NCBI GenBank assembly: GCA_035532075.1
Contig: DATKRV010000028.1
Location: 12,286 to 76,285 of the forward strand
Origin: Acidimicrobiales bacterium
Lineage (GTDB): Bacteria; Actinomycetota; Acidimicrobiia; Acidimicrobiales; Bog-793
Direction of reading: 5' to 3'
Length of the DNA stretch: 64,000 bases
The translations under genes and the position numbers were made by a program. Numbering within the stretch: position 1 is the first letter of the stretch; each line of letters begins with the position of its first letter. This document shows, piece by piece, positions 14,667 to 22,973 of this stretch. A model generated the notes under the pieces. The model saw only the letters and a program-made list of their open reading frames with translations. It made no database searches and was not told the origin of the DNA.

Positions 14667-14739
14667 GCCTCGTACAGCCTACGCAGTCTTGGTGGGCCAT
14701 TTGGCTTGATTGCCCTTGAGATTGGAGCTATGGAGCAGT

Positions 14740-16278
14740 TCATTTCGCACCGAGAAGATACGAGTCGACAACCTTTGCAACGATAGGTCCCGCGATGCCA
14801 GCACCGGTCTCCGAGCATCCGATCGCGGACTGAGCCGGGACTACTGCCGCGACCGCGATATTGGGGATGTCATTTGTTGCCGCAGGTCCAAATGCCACGA
14901 GCCAGGTCGATGAACAGTTCGCAGGTCCCGTCTCTGCAGTACCGGTCTTCGCGGCGATGTGGAGATTCGCGGGAAACAGGCCTGATGCGGTACCGAACTT
15001 GGCGACGCCAAGCATCAGCTGGCGAACTCCATTGGCGGTGTCCTGGGAGGTCGCATTGAGATAGGCGTGCGGTCTGTAGATGGTCACAATCTGCCCTTGA
15101 TTGTCGATGATCGCTCTCATGAGATGCGGGGTCATGATGACACCACCGTTTGCGATGCCTGCGACAATGAGCGCATTCTGGAGCGCCGTTTCGGTGACGT
15201 TCTCCTGTCCAATAGCCGAGTAAGCCACTCCGGGAAGGTTGTTTGGACCGATCGACGCGATGCTCTCGGGAGGACAGTCGCTCACGTTGTAAACGGTGTT
15301 TTCAATTGGGGGAAAACATGAAGTGGCGACCTCACTCGGGGGGATGTCTATCGGCGGCTTCCGATTGAATCCAAATGCATTCGCTTCCCGCGAGAGCGCA
15401 TTGGCACCGAGTTCAAGTCCGATCTCTCCGTAGCTGGTGTCGCAGGAGACCGCGAGCGCGTTGGCGAGTGTTCCGCCGCAATTCTCGCCTGCGAAGTTGT
15501 GGAGTTGGAGATTTGTCTCTGGCAGCTTCAAGGCGGTGAGATAGGGAAAGATCTGAGTTTCGATGCTTGGATGGTGATCAAAGATCGCCGAGGTTGTGAC
15601 GACCTTCATCGTCGAACCCGGATTGTAGGTACGTGCTGTCGCGGCATTGACGAGGGGAGAGGCGCCGCTGCTCGGGTCAAGCGACTTGTAATAGGCAGCG
15701 ACCTTGGTGGGGTCGTGTCCGGCCATCTGGTTGGGATTGAAGTTGGGTTTTCCGTACATCGCGAGGATGTTGCCATTCTGTGGGTCAATTGCGACGACTG
15801 CACCCTGGCTATAGGGAGCGAGAGCATGTGCCGCAACCTGTTGCAACGAATAGAGGATCGTTGTCGCAACCGTGTCTGTCCCTGACTGTTCCGTAAGCAG
15901 TCCGTGCAGTGAGTTCGCGCTCGCCTGGTGTTTCACAAGATACTGGTTGTACTGGTATTCGAGGCCGGTCGAGTTCGCATCAACCACGTCGTAATAGCCG
16001 GTGATCTCTGCGAAAAGCGAACCGCTGGGGTAGATCCTCTGGGGGCCGTACTGGTCCTTCGGATTGTTTGGACCTGAATAGGCCATGATGTGTCCATCTG
16101 CAGTGACAATTTCTCCAAGCGCGACCGCATAGGGGTCGGTCACGCCCGCCGGAGCTGGCTGGTATTGCGAGGCGTTCAGCGCGGCCGCCTGACGTACTTG
16201 AAGGTTATTCAGTTGGAGAAAGAGCAATGCGAAGCAGATCGTGAGCACGACCAGCATTATGCGAATGCGTTTATCCAT
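14740..16278 (-). CDS. pbpA: Class B penicillin-binding protein (transpeptidase)
   Basis: N-terminal TM helix, SxxK motif (GSTMKV) and KTGT motif (AAKTGTAE). Its start overlaps the pstP stop. Confidence 0.8.
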   Translation of the reverse strand: MDKRIRIMLVVLTICFALLFLQLNNLQVRQAAALNASQYQPAPAGVTDPYAVALGEIVTADGHIMAYSGPNNPKDQYGPQRIYPSGSLFAEITGYYDVVDANSTGLEYQYNQYLVKHQASANSLHGLLTEQSGTDTVATTILYSLQQVAAHALAPYSQGAVVAIDPQNGNILAMYGKPNFNPNQMAGHDPTKVAAYYKSLDPSSGASPLVNAATARTYNPGSTMKVVTTSAIFDHHPSIETQIFPYLTALKLPETNLQLHNFAGENCGGTLANALAVSCDTSYGEIGLELGANALSREANAFGFNRKPPIDIPPSEVATSCFPPIENTVYNVSDCPPESIASIGPNNLPGVAYSAIGQENVTETALQNALIVAGIANGGVIMTPHLMRAIIDNQGQIVTIYRPHAYLNATSQDTANGVRQLMLGVAKFGTASGLFPANLHIAAKTGTAETGPANCSSTWLVAFGPAATNDIPNIAVAAVVPAQSAIGCSETGAGIAGPIVAKVVDSYLLGAK

Positions 16279-17470
16279 TGCTAGAGCTTGAGGCGTTCGA
16301 AGTATTCAGCGCCGCGATTGCTGCCTGTTCGCTGGATAGGTTCTTGATGATGTGTTGCGCTACCGCGTATGAGGGTTCGAGCATTCCCTGTTCGATGAGC
16401 GGCAGGTTCGCGGGAAGCACCGCGCTGGCCTTGAGCGGAGTCGTCGTCATCAAACTGGGCTTGAACCAGAGAAAGCCTCCCGGTCTTCCGCTGTAGATCG
16501 CCACATACTGGTGATCGATGCCGATGAAATAGCTCGCCTTATTGAACCAGATGGTGAATCCAAGTGCTCCGGCAAGTACGAGTGTGAGCACGAAACTGAA
16601 CAACGCGACTCGAAAGGTGACGAGCTGCTCCCCCAGATTTTGTCCTGAACGCTCTCTGGAATGTCTGGCGCGCCGCTCGCTCGCGGCAGACATCTTCACC
16701 CGGGAGAGATGAGATTGTCCAGGTCCAGCCACGGTTGCCAGTGGCTGTTCACCGGCGACAACGTCGGCGACGATGACGGTGATGTTGTCGTTGCCTCCGT
16801 GGTCCAGCGCGCGTCGAATGAGTGCGTATGCGGCATCTGCCGGCTCCGCGTTTGCAACCAGAATCTCCTCGATGACTGCGTCTGAGCACTCATTTGTCAG
16901 TCCGTCGCTGCACAGGAGGAATCGCGTTCCGGGATTTGGCACGATCGTCCACGTGTCGACTTCCACACGTTCGTTGATTCCAATCGCCCGTGTCATCACA
17001 TGACGGTAAGGATGCACCTCTGCCTCTTCGACGGTGATCTCTTCCTGACGCAACATCTCCTCCACGAGACTGTGATCTTCCGTGAGTCGCTCGAGCTCGC
17101 TCCCTTCGAGTCGATACGCGCGCGAGTCTCCGACGTTGATCAGCGCGATTCTGTCTCCACTGCGATGGGGTAGCAGTGCGATCGCGACCAGCGTGGTCCC
17201 CATTCCGTGAAGCTCTTCGACCTCGGAGGCCCGGTCAAAGATCTCCTTGTTGACTTTCCGGGTCCCAGCGAGGAGTCCTTTTGCGCTTGCATTGGATTGA
17301 AAAGCCTCTACCAATCCAGATACTGCACACTGCGCGGCCACCTCCCCGCCGGCGTGACCACCCATGCCATCTGCGACGATGCAGAGTCGTTCACCGGCGT
17401 AGACGGCGTCCTGGTTCGTTGCCCGAGTGTTCCCGACTTCGGTGGCACTGGCGGTAGAAAGAATGGTCAA
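16271..17470 (-). CDS. pstP: PP2C-family Ser/Thr phosphatase with C-terminal TM and extracellular segment
   Basis: PP2C motifs (NQDA, ADGMGGH, DGL, GGNDNITV) followed by a TM helix (FSFVLTLVLAGALGFTIWF). Confidence 0.85.
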   Translation of the reverse strand: MTILSTASATEVGNTRATNQDAVYAGERLCIVADGMGGHAGGEVAAQCAVSGLVEAFQSNASAKGLLAGTRKVNKEIFDRASEVEELHGMGTTLVAIALLPHRSGDRIALINVGDSRAYRLEGSELERLTEDHSLVEEMLRQEEITVEEAEVHPYRHVMTRAIGINERVEVDTWTIVPNPGTRFLLCSDGLTNECSDAVIEEILVANAEPADAAYALIRRALDHGGNDNITVIVADVVAGEQPLATVAGPGQSHLSRVKMSAASERRARHSRERSGQNLGEQLVTFRVALFSFVLTLVLAGALGFTIWFNKASYFIGIDHQYVAIYSGRPGGFLWFKPSLMTTTPLKASAVLPANLPLIEQGMLEPSYAVAQHIIKNLSSEQAAIAALNTSNASSSSNG

Positions 17471-17487
17471 GGCAGGAATCCGTGACC

Positions 17488-17937
17488 TTAATGCCGGACC
17501 TCGAGCACAGTGCTACCGATCTGTACTCGATCCCCACGATCGACGATGACGGGTTCATCGACTCGCGCCTCATTAACGTAGGTTCCGTTTGTTGAGCCAA
17601 GATCCTCCACCACTGCATCTGACCCCTGGAGAAATATACGCGCATGCACCGAGGAGACAAAAGTGTCCTGAGAGAGACTGACGCTGCATGACGGGGAGCG
17701 TCCAAAGGTCAGTTCGCCGACAAGTTCAATTGTTTCGCCTCGGTACTCCCCTTCAGTGATGCGAAGTCGATACGGAGTCTTGCGGTCAAGTCGATCTTCG
17801 TGGAGCTCGCTGGCTCGAGATCCAGCACCGCGCGTCCGGCGCGCATCGACGAGCACCATTCGCGCGGCGTAGATAAAGAAAAGCCACAGGACAACTAGAA
17901 AGAAGTACTTGAGTATTTCGAGAAGCCCGTGTGTCAT
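17488..17937 (-). CDS. fhaB: FHA-domain protein
   Basis: N-terminal TM helix plus a C-terminal FHA domain (GRSPSCSVSL...SSVHARI...STNGTYVN). Confidence 0.75.
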   Translation of the reverse strand: MTHGLLEILKYFFLVVLWLFFIYAARMVLVDARRTRGAGSRASELHEDRLDRKTPYRLRITEGEYRGETIELVGELTFGRSPSCSVSLSQDTFVSSVHARIFLQGSDAVVEDLGSTNGTYVNEARVDEPVIVDRGDRVQIGSTVLEVRH

Positions 17938-17951
17938 GGAGAACTATCCGG

Positions 17952-18605
17952 TCAGTTCATTTCGAACCGCAAAGTCGTGGTGCCGATGGAGATGACGTCG
18001 CCATTTACAAGGCGGTGCTGCGAAATAATGACGTTGTTCACGCGCGTTCCGTTCGTTGAGGAGAGATCAATGAGCACGATCGATCCACTCTCCCGTCGTA
18101 GTTCGGCATGACGACGTGATGCGTTGGTGTCATTGATTTGGATTTCACACTCCTCCAGACGACCGATCGTAACTGGTGTATTTCCTATCCCGATCCGGCG
18201 TCCATCTTCGAGGACGACGTTCCCCACGAGAACTTCCTCCCCCTCAATCACCGAAGACTCGATCGTAAAGGTGCTCTTGCTGAGCGCGGCGTCCTTGCCG
18301 ATGACGACTTCGATGGGCCCTACAAAGCTGTATCTCGAGCTGCGAGCGTGTTCCTGAGCGGCCTCGACGAGCTCCTCTGCGAGGACATCGAGAAATGATC
18401 CGAACCGCTCGAAATCGTCGGGAGCAAGGCTGATATCAAAGGCATTCGGGCTGATTAGTCCGCGCACCGACACGGCGCGATGGAGGTCCATCTCGCGCGT
18501 CAATCGCTTGCCGAGTTCGACTGGCTGAAGTTGGCCGCGAAAGGCCTTCGCGAACGTTCCCTCTACCAAACGCTCGAGCCGGCGCTCGAACTGCTGGAGT
18601 CCCAT
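17952..18605 (-). CDS. fhaA: FHA-domain protein with DUF3662-type N-terminus
   Basis: The MGLQQFERRLERLVEGTFAKAF N-terminus is typical of FhaA. The C-terminal FHA domain shows GR...RRHAEL...STNGTRVN. Confidence 0.75.
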   Translation of the reverse strand: MGLQQFERRLERLVEGTFAKAFRGQLQPVELGKRLTREMDLHRAVSVRGLISPNAFDISLAPDDFERFGSFLDVLAEELVEAAQEHARSSRYSFVGPIEVVIGKDAALSKSTFTIESSVIEGEEVLVGNVVLEDGRRIGIGNTPVTIGRLEECEIQINDTNASRRHAELRRESGSIVLIDLSSTNGTRVNNVIISQHRLVNGDVISIGTTTLRFEMN

Positions 18606-18669
18606 TTGCTAAACACTACCTGCGCTGTCGTTGTCGTATCTATCGCGGGCTATCCTGAACTGCTGCTTG

Positions 18670-18753
18670 GGGCGAGTGGCGGAATAGGCAGACGCGCAGG
18701 ATTCAGGTTCCTGTGTCCGTAAGGATGTAGGGGTTCAAGTCCCCTCTCGCCCA
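18670..18753 (+). tRNA. tRNA-Leu (anticodon CAG), type II with long variable arm, no encoded CCA
   Basis: Cloverleaf folded by eye: acceptor GGGCGAG/CTCGCCC, D stem GCG/CGC, anticodon stem CAGGA/TCCTG with loop TTCAGGT, and T arm AGGGG-TTCAAGT-CCCCT. Confidence 0.9.
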
Positions 18754-18961
18754 CGCAGGGTTATTTGTAAAACCTGACCGAAAGATTTACGAAACCCCTC
18801 TCAAGGGCCTTCTTGCTGGGGAAATGCTGATCCGGATGGAGATCGTCGAGCGACTAACTTGCGAAACTGTCTTAAATTACGTGATCAGTAAAGGGCTTGA
18901 GCACGTTGATTAGTTTTTGGGCGCGCCAAATTCCCTGTTGTTATTCCCGTGGTGCTCGGAG

Positions 18962-20836
18962 TTAGGCACTCCGAGCGTTCGCTAAATCGCTGTCGTCAAA
19001 ATAGGCGTCGTATCGCAGCCGATGGGGACTCGGCTTTCGCTCAGAGATTTTGATAAGAACACCTTCGCTTGTGGGTTCGGCCTCTGCAATGAAAGTCTCA
19101 ATCTTTCGCAGGTTGGCAGCGACAAGACCCAGGCAACTGAGAAGAGACTGAGCTGCTAAACCACGTAGGCGACGACGCCCCGGGGCACCGAGGTCTTGGT
19201 ACGCAGGGTCCTTCATGTACCCGTTGTAGCCCTCAACGTAATTGCGGAGAAGTCGATAAACCTTGTCCCATTTTTCCAACGCGTAAGGAAATGTCTGGGC
19301 GTATTTTGCGCCTGCACTTGGCGGGAAAGCGACGGTGTGCTTGTTGGTGCAAATCTTTCCAGGGCTCGTCGGAGTCACGGGAATGCGGGTTTTGCCGGCA
19401 TGTTTACGGTCAAGAGACGTCGGTCGCATCTCGCACCGAGCGGTAGGACTGGGCCCAAAGGCCGGGCACACCATGTCGACTGATTCTCCGGGTCGGGAGC
19501 GCTCATTAGGACGCAAGGCGTATCGCTGGCGTTGAATGAGTCGGTCCATCCAGGTTGTGAAGTCGGCATCTGTCTGCGCAGAAGCTTGGAACGTAATGGT
19601 TGCATTGATGAGTGGTTTTGGCATCATCGGGCAGTACCATTGGCCCTCAACGAGAATGGCTCCTTCGTATGTATCCATCTTCCCTAGTTGGTCTTTTCGA
19701 TAGTCGAAGACCATGAGATAGTCGAGCTGTTTTGTGAGAAGTTGGACATCCTCCGGCTTGGCATTGGGAAGAATTCCTCGGTCAGCGACAAGCAGGTCAG
19801 CAGGATAACCGCGTCGGGACAAACTTTTGAGAACGCTTGCCACTCGCGGCGAAATGTCGTGAACATAAGGTCCAAGTTTTAAGGCAGTGACGATTACTGG
19901 GAAGTCCTGGTTGTCTGGGTCCGACGACCCCGCTACCGCCATCATTGCCCCCATCGCGTATTTTGTGCGCGTTCTGGAACGTAATAAACCATCAGGAAGT
20001 TTGGCGAGTTGTTCAAGTTTTGATTTTTCGTCACTTCGCATGACCCACTCACCATGGGGTTCGATGGATTTCTTGTCGGAACGCTTTGAGGGACCGCGAG
20101 CGGCGAGCGGAAGTGCACTCTCGTCAATGGCGATAGCTCCCTTGTACCGGCGACGAATATCGCGGGGAATCGAAAGAAAAGTCACGTCAAGAAGTGCACC
20201 CGTGATTAAGTCGAGGCGGTCAGATTTCATTTCGATATTTGCCATATTTTCGGGAGTCGACCATTTCGCCTTGTATTTGGCGAATTCGGCGTTTGTGAGT
20301 CTTCTGTTCCGAGGGTATTCGTAGGGTTCAATTGGTTCAAGAATGTCTTGCATGCGACGCCAAATCATCGCGTAGTCCGCATTTTTAATAGCTTTTTGAT
20401 GCTTTGCTGAGCCATCTGTTATCACGTGCATTCTGAAATGTGCTCCGATTTCGTCGCACATCTTGGGGCTAATGCGTTTGGTGAGAAGTTCATAAACCTT
20501 GGTCAACAGGAGTGGCTTCTGGTCTAGCGCTAGTACTACGAGCGCGACCAATACTGCTCGGACTGAGAGCAAGTTTCTGGGTCGACCACCAAGGTTTGCT
20601 GGAGAATCCTGCCCCTCTAGCGCTGCGAGTCGGTCTTGTTCTCGCCAGATTTCTAGCTGGTCGAGAATGCTTTTCCCGTTGATTGTCGCCGAGTCTACGA
20701 TGCGGGCTGCTCGTCGCACCCTTGAGTCGGCGATACTTTCTTCGTTGTGGTTCGGGTCAGGGAGCACATCGACGTCATCGAAATCTAAGATTGAAAGTTC
20801 TTGTGAATTTTCAAAGGCGACAGGGATACAGCTCAT
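18962..20836 (-). CDS. Large DDE-transposase-like protein (IS4-superfamily-like motifs)
   Basis: 624 aa. Candidate catalytic triad: AIAIDES, LVADRG, and RNYVEGYNGYMK, which matches the R-x3-E-x6-K spacing of the IS4-type YREK signature. A Cys-containing segment lies between the second Asp and the Glu. No database search was possible. Confidence 0.4.
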   Translation of the reverse strand: MSCIPVAFENSQELSILDFDDVDVLPDPNHNEESIADSRVRRAARIVDSATINGKSILDQLEIWREQDRLAALEGQDSPANLGGRPRNLLSVRAVLVALVVLALDQKPLLLTKVYELLTKRISPKMCDEIGAHFRMHVITDGSAKHQKAIKNADYAMIWRRMQDILEPIEPYEYPRNRRLTNAEFAKYKAKWSTPENMANIEMKSDRLDLITGALLDVTFLSIPRDIRRRYKGAIAIDESALPLAARGPSKRSDKKSIEPHGEWVMRSDEKSKLEQLAKLPDGLLRSRTRTKYAMGAMMAVAGSSDPDNQDFPVIVTALKLGPYVHDISPRVASVLKSLSRRGYPADLLVADRGILPNAKPEDVQLLTKQLDYLMVFDYRKDQLGKMDTYEGAILVEGQWYCPMMPKPLINATITFQASAQTDADFTTWMDRLIQRQRYALRPNERSRPGESVDMVCPAFGPSPTARCEMRPTSLDRKHAGKTRIPVTPTSPGKICTNKHTVAFPPSAGAKYAQTFPYALEKWDKVYRLLRNYVEGYNGYMKDPAYQDLGAPGRRRLRGLAAQSLLSCLGLVAANLRKIETFIAEAEPTSEGVLIKISERKPSPHRLRYDAYFDDSDLANARSA

Positions 20837-21768
20837 CGCGCGTCTCGCAACATTTTTCGGAACTCATCGGCTTCAAGTTCTGGAACGAAGCGGATGTATC
20901 GGCTGAAAGATTCAAGACTCGTGACACCGGCTGCAATTTGGAGCCCCTGGAGCGGTGTGCGTGCAGTGAGGTGGCGAACAATCCACGTTGCGCGCATTTT
21001 TTGGAGATTTGTGCGCGGAGCAATTCCATTTGTCTGGGTTACAAAGCTTGCAGAGACGAGTCGTCCGTTTCGAGCTCTATTTGGCCGAAACAGGTAACGC
21101 TCGGGATGGCCCAGGTAATCAATGAACTCCTGAAACCGCCCTTCCCAATCGGACAACACTGGGACTGCACGCTCTTGAGGTCCACGGATGTAGAGAACGA
21201 CGCCGTCGCTGTCAATGGTTACGTCGCCGACTCTTAGGTCACGTAGTTCGAAATCCTTTAGACCAGCACCGAAACCAGTCGAGATAAAGACGTTTGCGTC
21301 ATGACAACGCGTCTCTGTGCTCTGGCCGTCTGCCCAATTACGAAGCTGGACGATTTCCTCAGCAGAATGAGGGGCTGTGGGGTGTGGCTGCTGGATGACG
21401 CTTAGTCGTGGCGGGATGACACCGGGCCCGAGCAGATGACGAGCCATTGCATAGAGAAGAGAACGCCAGTTACCTACGGTCCCGGTAGAAAGGCCTTTGC
21501 CTCGGGCGAGGATTGATTCTTCGATGACGTCAGGGTGAAGGATGACTGAGCGGTCGAGTTCTAATCCGGCAGTCCGAACGCACCAAGCAATGTGGCCAGC
21601 AAGAACATAAATGAGCATGCTGGGTTCATAAGGCGTCTTACCAATGCACTCTCTGACCAAAGAGCGGGCGAAGTCCCCAATCTCCGGCCAAACAGCTCTT
21701 GCTGGGCCCTGAGGAATGTATTCATCGAGCTTGCGTAGCGGGTCGACCATGGGTTGACGTCGTATCAT
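20833..21768 (-). CDS. Divergent tyrosine-recombinase-like protein
   Basis: The C-terminal half aligns by eye to phage-integrase catalytic boxes (GAGLKDFELRDLRVGDV; ERAVPVL; MRATWIVRHL; SLESFSRYIRF). The start is placed at ATG 21768; the track ORF extends to 21843 and would overlap the divergent HTH gene. The stop overlaps the start of the 624-aa gene. Confidence 0.45.
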   Translation of the reverse strand: MIRRQPMVDPLRKLDEYIPQGPARAVWPEIGDFARSLVRECIGKTPYEPSMLIYVLAGHIAWCVRTAGLELDRSVILHPDVIEESILARGKGLSTGTVGNWRSLLYAMARHLLGPGVIPPRLSVIQQPHPTAPHSAEEIVQLRNWADGQSTETRCHDANVFISTGFGAGLKDFELRDLRVGDVTIDSDGVVLYIRGPQERAVPVLSDWEGRFQEFIDYLGHPERYLFRPNRARNGRLVSASFVTQTNGIAPRTNLQKMRATWIVRHLTARTPLQGLQIAAGVTSLESFSRYIRFVPELEADEFRKMLRDAR

Positions 21769-21821
21769 GATTGATACACCCTGTCTACCCCTGCGCCGTT
21801 TTCGTGTTCTAGCGTGCTTCC

Positions 21822-22109
21822 ATGGCTCGACTCCAGCGGGCAAAACCCAACCAATTGGTCAGTGGGGATTGGCTCGATGGTGCTGCTAATGGTGCTTCTG
21901 CTGCTGCGGCTCAGGTTGTGGCGCGTCGCCTCAGGACCGCTATCGGGGATAAGTCCTTCCGTTCCATCCAGCAACTGACCGGCGTTCCACATTCCACCGT
22001 TCGTAGAATTCTCGTGGGCGACGCCTGGGCTGATTTGGAGACGATTGTCAAGCTTGAAGTCGGGCTTGATATCGACCTTCTCGGTGGTTGGCGTAGCGAA
22101 GCGAAGTGA
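21822..22109 (+). CDS. XRE-family helix-turn-helix regulator
   Basis: SFRSIQQLTGVPHSTVRRILVGDAWADLETIVKLEVGLDIDLL fits the XRE HTH pattern. It is divergent from the recombinase-like gene. Confidence 0.65.
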   Translation: MARLQRAKPNQLVSGDWLDGAANGASAAAAQVVARRLRTAIGDKSFRSIQQLTGVPHSTVRRILVGDAWADLETIVKLEVGLDIDLLGGWRSEAK

Positions 22110-22418
22110 GTCGCGCCAAGGTCGTACAGCTTCGATTGCGGCAGCACGACGGGCAGCTAGTTTTGTCGTCGGCGTCTTGACATTCTTCGGGTTACGAGTC
22201 CCCCAGATGGTTTCGTATGCCGGGCCGCGTTCCCAAACGGGATACGTACCTTTTCCAAAACTCTTGTGCGATTTCATGCACCAATTCTTGATCCGCAAAT
22301 GAATGGCGCCAAGAGCGCAAAACTGGCACTGGAAACCATGAAGAGGTAGTGGGTTCCATGACCAGTCGCGAGGAGCCAACCATGGCTCCTGCCACCCGAA
22401 TCACGTATCGTTTATTCC

Positions 22419-22973
22419 GTGACCAACCCACCGAATAGTTCGAAAAGTAACGGTCCTAGGGACTTCCTTACCAATCCTTCCGATTTTGGAACTGTGGCTG
22501 CTCGCTGGAAACCGTGGAAACCGCACCAAAATATCGCGGTCAAGGCGTCGTATTACCAGCACCTCGTTATTGCGAATTGTAGGACCATGCATGGTGTCGA
22601 GCAGATTCAACATTTGACAACATTTGCTCTACAGGTGAAGGAGCATGCTTTGAAAGTTGCGTACGGTCCAGATAAGGGTCCCGCAAAAAGTGTGCCCCCA
22701 CTTACGAGAGCAGAGGAACGCGATATGCAGCGGCTGTTTCGGGGTGAGCGATATGCTCGCATTGAGGATTACTTGGCGTGGTGCGGCGTTGTTGGTATCC
22801 GAGTGCTACCCAATTTCGGTGATCGGGAGTATCTCTTGCCGGTTGATCTTATTGAAGATCCGACACCAAAGATGAACCGTGGGCCGCGTATTGCGCGCAT
22901 AGGTTCTGAACGGGACCGAAAGAATGAGCACTCCTCTGGCGAGATTGCAGACGACTTGTACTCAAGCGACTGA
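22419..22973 (+). CDS. Hypothetical protein, possible degenerate HTH; start uncertain
   Basis: Only the C-terminal ~105 aa look protein-like (LTRAEERDMQRLFRGERYARIEDYLAWCGVVGIRVLP). An AAGGAG box at 22638-22643 sits 5 nt upstream of in-frame TTG 22649 and suggests a shorter product. Confidence 0.35.
   Translation: MTNPPNSSKSNGPRDFLTNPSDFGTVAARWKPWKPHQNIAVKASYYQHLVIANCRTMHGVEQIQHLTTFALQVKEHALKVAYGPDKGPAKSVPPLTRAEERDMQRLFRGERYARIEDYLAWCGVVGIRVLPNFGDREYLLPVDLIEDPTPKMNRGPRIARIGSERDRKNEHSSGEIADDLYSSD

Noticed and set aside
21765-22379. 204-aa minus-strand ORF in the island.
   Set aside because: It runs antisense through the well-supported XRE HTH gene (21822..22109) and into the recombinase promoter region. 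Only its N-terminal part is protein-like (see the finding on 22110-22650).
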